A stretch of 63,986 nt of DNA, the filler included, from an uncultured bacterium (GTDB lineage: Bacteria > Hinthialibacterota > Hinthialibacteria > Hinthialibacterales > Hinthialibacteraceae): assembly GCA_964449065.1 (NCBI GenBank). It is 8 parts of 8 records of this genome, joined end to end, with 100 filler letters (N's around TTAATTAATTAA, not from the genome) between each part and the next. Parts side by side here need not be neighbours in the genome. Positions count along the whole stretch, not along the records: positions 56,324 to 63,986 come from CAYVAZ010000252.1; 7 more parts are not named here. One strand, given 5' to 3'. Under the pieces are notes generated by a model. It had not been told where the DNA came from. It ran no database searches and was given only the letters and a program-made list of their open reading frames with translations. Each line of letters opens with the position of its first letter. Within the stretch, counting starts at the first letter, position 1. The position numbers and the translations under genes are program-made. Shown here in pieces: positions 60,451-63,986 of this stretch.

Positions 60451-61791
60451 TTAGAAGTTGACTTTGAAACCTGTACGGATGAAGTAGGCTTCGTCATCAT
60501 TGCCACCGACAGCCAATTCGAACGCATCGCTAGGAATCAACAAACCACCACCCAAGAAGGCAGTCATGTTAGAGTTTACAATGTAATCGATTTGACCATC
60601 AATTTCGAATCCGCCATTGTCTTCGCTTAAACCGCCGACGGTAGTAATATCATCATCCAACAAGTAGTAGTAGAAGTCCAAAGTACCGGCGATGTTTTCG
60701 CTGAATTCCATACCGCCGTAAACGTTAAGCACGTTCATGTTGGTGAAAGTGCCTCCTCCAAAAGTTGAACGGACAAAACCTTCACCTAATAGACCGTAGG
60801 TTTTGGCTTCAAACGGAGAAGCAAAGCCGGAACCATTGTCGCCTTCAAAGTAAGTATAGAGAATACCTACATTCGGGTTGTACTGCATATCCGGGTGATA
60901 GTTCACACCACCTTGTACAGCAAATCCTTCGGTTTCAATAGCAGCAACGGCATCTTGATCTTGGAATTGATAGGCAAATTCCAATTTGTAAGCCACGGTC
61001 GGCATAATATCACCGGCCGCGCGTGCGCCGATCATGTGCTGGTCGCCTTCAAAGCCAATCGCGCCAGTAAAAACCGGGTCATTGGATTGGTTGAAGTTAT
61101 AGTACAAGTCGATTTGATGGCCTTCGATGCCAAAGTAGGAACCATACAGCAATACGCCTTCCGCGTCGCCGTCGGAACCAGTGGTAGCATTATTCAGTTC
61201 TTCCGTATCAATGTAGTACACAATATCGGCAGTCCACATTTCAGCTTCATATTGGAAGACCGCTGCATCAAACGGATCGATTTCAAAGGTTCCGAGTTGG
61301 TTGATGTTCAACGGGCTAACCGCACGGGCATCACCAAACACGAAACTATTTCCCCACCATCCGTTATAATTGTCGGCATGGGCATTGTCACCATAGTTCA
61401 AGAACTGACGACCAGCAGAAATGTTAAAGTTGGAACCCATCGCGTTTTTCCATTGCACAAAGGCTTCTTCCAAAAAGATTTCCAAGTCATTGCTATTACC
61501 TGTAGCCAAATTGTTGTTTGGAGTCACTCTACTTTGATCCAGAGCACGGTCCGCTTCCACACTAATGCGGGCTGTGACATTGTCATCCAAGTCCGCTTGG
61601 AAGTACAAATGAACTTCCGTACGTAAAAAGTCAGTTTGGTCATTGCCATTGTCATTTAAGTCCACTGCATTATCAGCATACAAATATTCAACGAGTACAT
61701 CGCCGCCGATATCCATATTATCGATATCCGCGTTGGCGACTGAAGCAAAACCAAATAGGGCCGCAATTGTTAATGCGCTTAATTTTTTCAT
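60451..61791 (-). CDS. Outer-membrane beta-barrel (alginate export family-like porin)
   Basis: Signal peptide, LEEAFV, AGRQFL.YG, amphipathic strands, C-terminal Phe. Confidence 0.8.
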   Translation of the reverse strand: MKKLSALTIAALFGFASVANADIDNMDIGGDVLVEYLYADNAVDLNDNGNDQTDFLRTEVHLYFQADLDDNVTARISVEADRALDQSRVTPNNNLATGNSNDLEIFLEEAFVQWKNAMGSNFNISAGRQFLNYGDNAHADNYNGWWGNSFVFGDARAVSPLNINQLGTFEIDPFDAAVFQYEAEMWTADIVYYIDTEELNNATTGSDGDAEGVLLYGSYFGIEGHQIDLYYNFNQSNDPVFTGAIGFEGDQHMIGARAAGDIMPTVAYKLEFAYQFQDQDAVAAIETEGFAVQGGVNYHPDMQYNPNVGILYTYFEGDNGSGFASPFEAKTYGLLGEGFVRSTFGGGTFTNMNVLNVYGGMEFSENIAGTLDFYYYLLDDDITTVGGLSEDNGGFEIDGQIDYIVNSNMTAFLGGGLLIPSDAFELAVGGNDDEAYFIRTGFKVNF

Positions 61792-62361
61792 TTGGGATAA
61801 TCCCCCTTCTTCTCTCTGTCTCTCGACATTTGTTTTTACGATTCAAAGAATCAATTTTGATAAAAAGAATAGATAAATTAAAACCAATCGAAGATGCCCT
61901 TTATTTATCTATCCTCCTTTCCAAGCGGGCACGCTTTGAATTGTTTAAGAATTTCTATAGGCTATTATTTATGAACCAGAAGCAGAGTCAAGAACAAATT
62001 GTGGTTTTTTTACCTAAACCGAGGCAATTTTACCACAGAAGTGGGCATTGTATGAATCTCTAACATTAAAGAATGGTATATGAAACGAAATAAGTTAAAA
62101 TATATCAATAACTTAGATTAAATATTTTCATCAAAATCATTCTCTGAAAGTTAAACAGGCATTTAAAATATTTATTTTTATTTTATTACATCAATTCAAA
62201 CTAGCGTTTGAAAATCGTTAAAATATTAGCTTTGCCTTCCGAATTTCGGCTCTGTAAGTAAGATACTTTTTTGCAGGCAAAGGACGTTTACCGGAAAAAT
62301 GAGACAGCACTCATCCGGTTATTTTAAAGAACACAAAACCCGTCTCAAGGAGGACAAACGG

Positions 62362-63360
62362 ATGACTACAAAAGTAGGAATCAACGGATTCGGTCGTATT
62401 GGAAGATTGTTTACACGAGCAGCATTGCAGCAAGGCGGTATTGAAATCGTCGGAATCAACGATTTGACCGATGCCAAAACATTGGCGCATTTGTTCAAAT
62501 ACGATTCTGTTCATGGCCGGTACGATGGAGAAGTGAAAGCCACAGATAATGGCATTGTTATTGATGGAAAAGAAATCCCGATTACAGCGGAACGGGAACC
62601 GGGCAATCTGCCTTGGTCAGACCGCGGCGCGGAAATCGTATTGGAAGCCACAGGGCTGTTTACCGACCGGGATAAAGCAGCGGCACATATTAAAGCCGGC
62701 GCAAAAAAAGTGATTATCAGCGCGCCGTCGAAAGACTGTGACGCCACCATCGTTATGGGTGTTAACAATAGCGATTACGATGCATCCAAGCATGATATTG
62801 TTTCCAACGCGTCATGCACCACGAACTGCCTGGCACCGGTCGTGAAAGTATTGCATGAAAAATTCACCATTCAAAACGGTTTGATGACCACCATTCATTC
62901 GTACACAGGCGACCAGCGCATTGTTGACGCTCCTCATAAAGACTTACGCCGTGCCCGGGCCGCCGCATTAAGCATGATCCCCACCAAAACCGGTGCGGCA
63001 GCCGCGATTGGATTGGTCATGCCTGAATTAAACGGCAAGTTGGACGGCTTCGCGATCCGCGTTCCTACCCCGAACGTTTCGGTGGTTGATTTAACCGTGG
63101 TCGTGGAGAAATCCACTTCTGTGGAAGAAATCAACGCAGCCATAAAAGCGGCAGCCGATGGCGAATTGAAAGGGATTTTGGAATATGTAGAAGAACCATT
63201 GGTTTCCATCGATTTTAATGGGTCGCCCTTCTCATCCAGCTTTGATTCACAAAACACCCGCGTTATTGGCGGCAACACCGTTAAAGTACTTTCTTGGTAC
63301 GATAACGAAGCCGGTTTCTCACACCGGGTTGTCGAATTGGCAAAAATGATGCTCGCCTAG
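62362..63360 (+). CDS. gap: Glyceraldehyde-3-phosphate dehydrogenase, type I
   Basis: [36 protein letters not shown]. Confidence 0.98.
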   Translation: MTTKVGINGFGRIGRLFTRAALQQGGIEIVGINDLTDAKTLAHLFKYDSVHGRYDGEVKATDNGIVIDGKEIPITAEREPGNLPWSDRGAEIVLEATGLFTDRDKAAAHIKAGAKKVIISAPSKDCDATIVMGVNNSDYDASKHDIVSNASCTTNCLAPVVKVLHEKFTIQNGLMTTIHSYTGDQRIVDAPHKDLRRARAAALSMIPTKTGAAAAIGLVMPELNGKLDGFAIRVPTPNVSVVDLTVVVEKSTSVEEINAAIKAAADGELKGILEYVEEPLVSIDFNGSPFSSSFDSQNTRVIGGNTVKVLSWYDNEAGFSHRVVELAKMMLA

Positions 63361-63396
63361 CGCTTTTTGGCTGGTAATTTTGAAAATGGGTAAATC

Positions 63397-63430
63397 AAAC
63401 CGGGGTTGCGAATGTAATCCCGGTTTTTTT
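63397..63430 (+). terminator. Rho-independent terminator after gap
   Basis: AAACCGGGGTTGC-GAAT-GTAATCCCGG followed by T7. Confidence 0.7.
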
Positions 63431-63662
63431 ATTTCTTTTTCCAACGAATGTAATCGTCTGAACTGTAACCAGCTTGTTTTAATATTTTAGAAGTGAATCC
63501 GTGGCCGATATCCTTACCGGAATGTACCGGCACAGACAGGACGATCTCTTTGGATGGGTTATACAAAATCAAATGACTGCCTCGTTGACGATGCTCTTTG
63601 TAACCGTGATCTTTTAAAAACTTGATTACTTGTTTTGCATCGATTTGAGGCATTCTTGTCAT
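63429..63662 (-). CDS. hicA: HicA-family toxin
   Basis: RQRGSH, VPVH, ILKQAG. Confidence 0.92.
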   Translation of the reverse strand: MTRMPQIDAKQVIKFLKDHGYKEHRQRGSHLILYNPSKEIVLSVPVHSGKDIGHGFTSKILKQAGYSSDDYIRWKKK

Positions 63663-63904
63663 GCAGGAACCTCAATGGACATTTCTTCTACGACAATTTG
63701 GTCCGTTTTTATGAGCATTGGAAGACCTAATTCTTTTCTTGATTCCAGATACAACTCAATAGATTCTTTCATATTTTGGCGGGTTTCTTCAATTGTACTG
63801 CCATTACTGAAACATCCTGGAAGAGATGGGGAATAAGCATAATAGCCTTCATTTTCCGGTTCTTTTTCGATGACGATTTCAATCGTAATATTTTTTGTAT
63901 CCAT
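63659..63904 (-). CDS. hicB: HicB-family antitoxin (short, no DNA-binding domain)
   Basis: YYAYSPSLPGCFSNGSTIEE..N.KESIELYLE; ATGA overlap with hicA. Confidence 0.92.
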   Translation of the reverse strand: MDTKNITIEIVIEKEPENEGYYAYSPSLPGCFSNGSTIEETRQNMKESIELYLESRKELGLPMLIKTDQIVVEEMSIEVPA

Positions 63905-63933
63905 TTTATACTCTCTTAATCACATAAATTATT

Positions 63934-63986
63934 AACTGATGTTACGCAATCCATGATTGACGATTGCTTGAAAAATGGTTTTTGTT
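63934..63986 (+). mobile_element. MITE family A, left end
   Basis: AACTGATGTTACGCAATCCATGATTGACG... Confidence 0.85.

Overview
This is not one locus. It is eight unrelated contigs of about 8 kb from a fragmented (MAG-like) bacterial assembly, sorted by length and joined by 100-nt N/TTAATTAATTAA/N linkers at 7989-8088, 16060-16159, 24126-24225, 32188-32287, 40243-40342, 48235-48334 and 56224-56323. The organism is a diderm (LptE, TonB/ExbBD, OM barrel). The GspG-like pilin style, PT-linker secreted proteins and dockerin-like tails suggest the Hinthialibacterota(OLB16)/Sumerlaeota neighbourhood (inference). Contents by contig: (1) tRNA-Thr 3' half, decayed DNA methyltransferase, a secreted purple-acid-phosphatase-like pseudoenzyme, beta-propeller sensor kinase and NarL regulator; (2) rnfCDGEAB, and PepSY-TM/exbB/exbD/tonB; (3) pyrD, a sulfotransferase-glycosyltransferase fusion, fitAB/vapBC, split coaB+coaC, FG-GAP protein; (4) a repeat pile-up, giant dead-metzincin surface protein, PhnD-like protein, PAS kinase; (5) TAT isomerase, lptE-ATPase-holA, BNR/Ig and thioredoxin-like proteins; (6) DUF1080, radical SAM, SSS transporter, rhodanese, PNPOx-like, M50, ROK; (7) IS remnants, M8-like peptidase, giant FG-GAP/LamG protein and an ISL3-derived small ORF; (8) acyltransferase, pilin, DEAD-box helicase, OM barrel, gap, hicBA. 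The most notable signals are several non-autonomous MITE families (one rebuilt from contig ends, one nested with a clean TSD, one IS66-like), two large secreted pseudoenzymes, and tandem palindromic operators that may link NarL-type two-component systems to giant secreted proteins. All assignments are by eye; no database searches were run.
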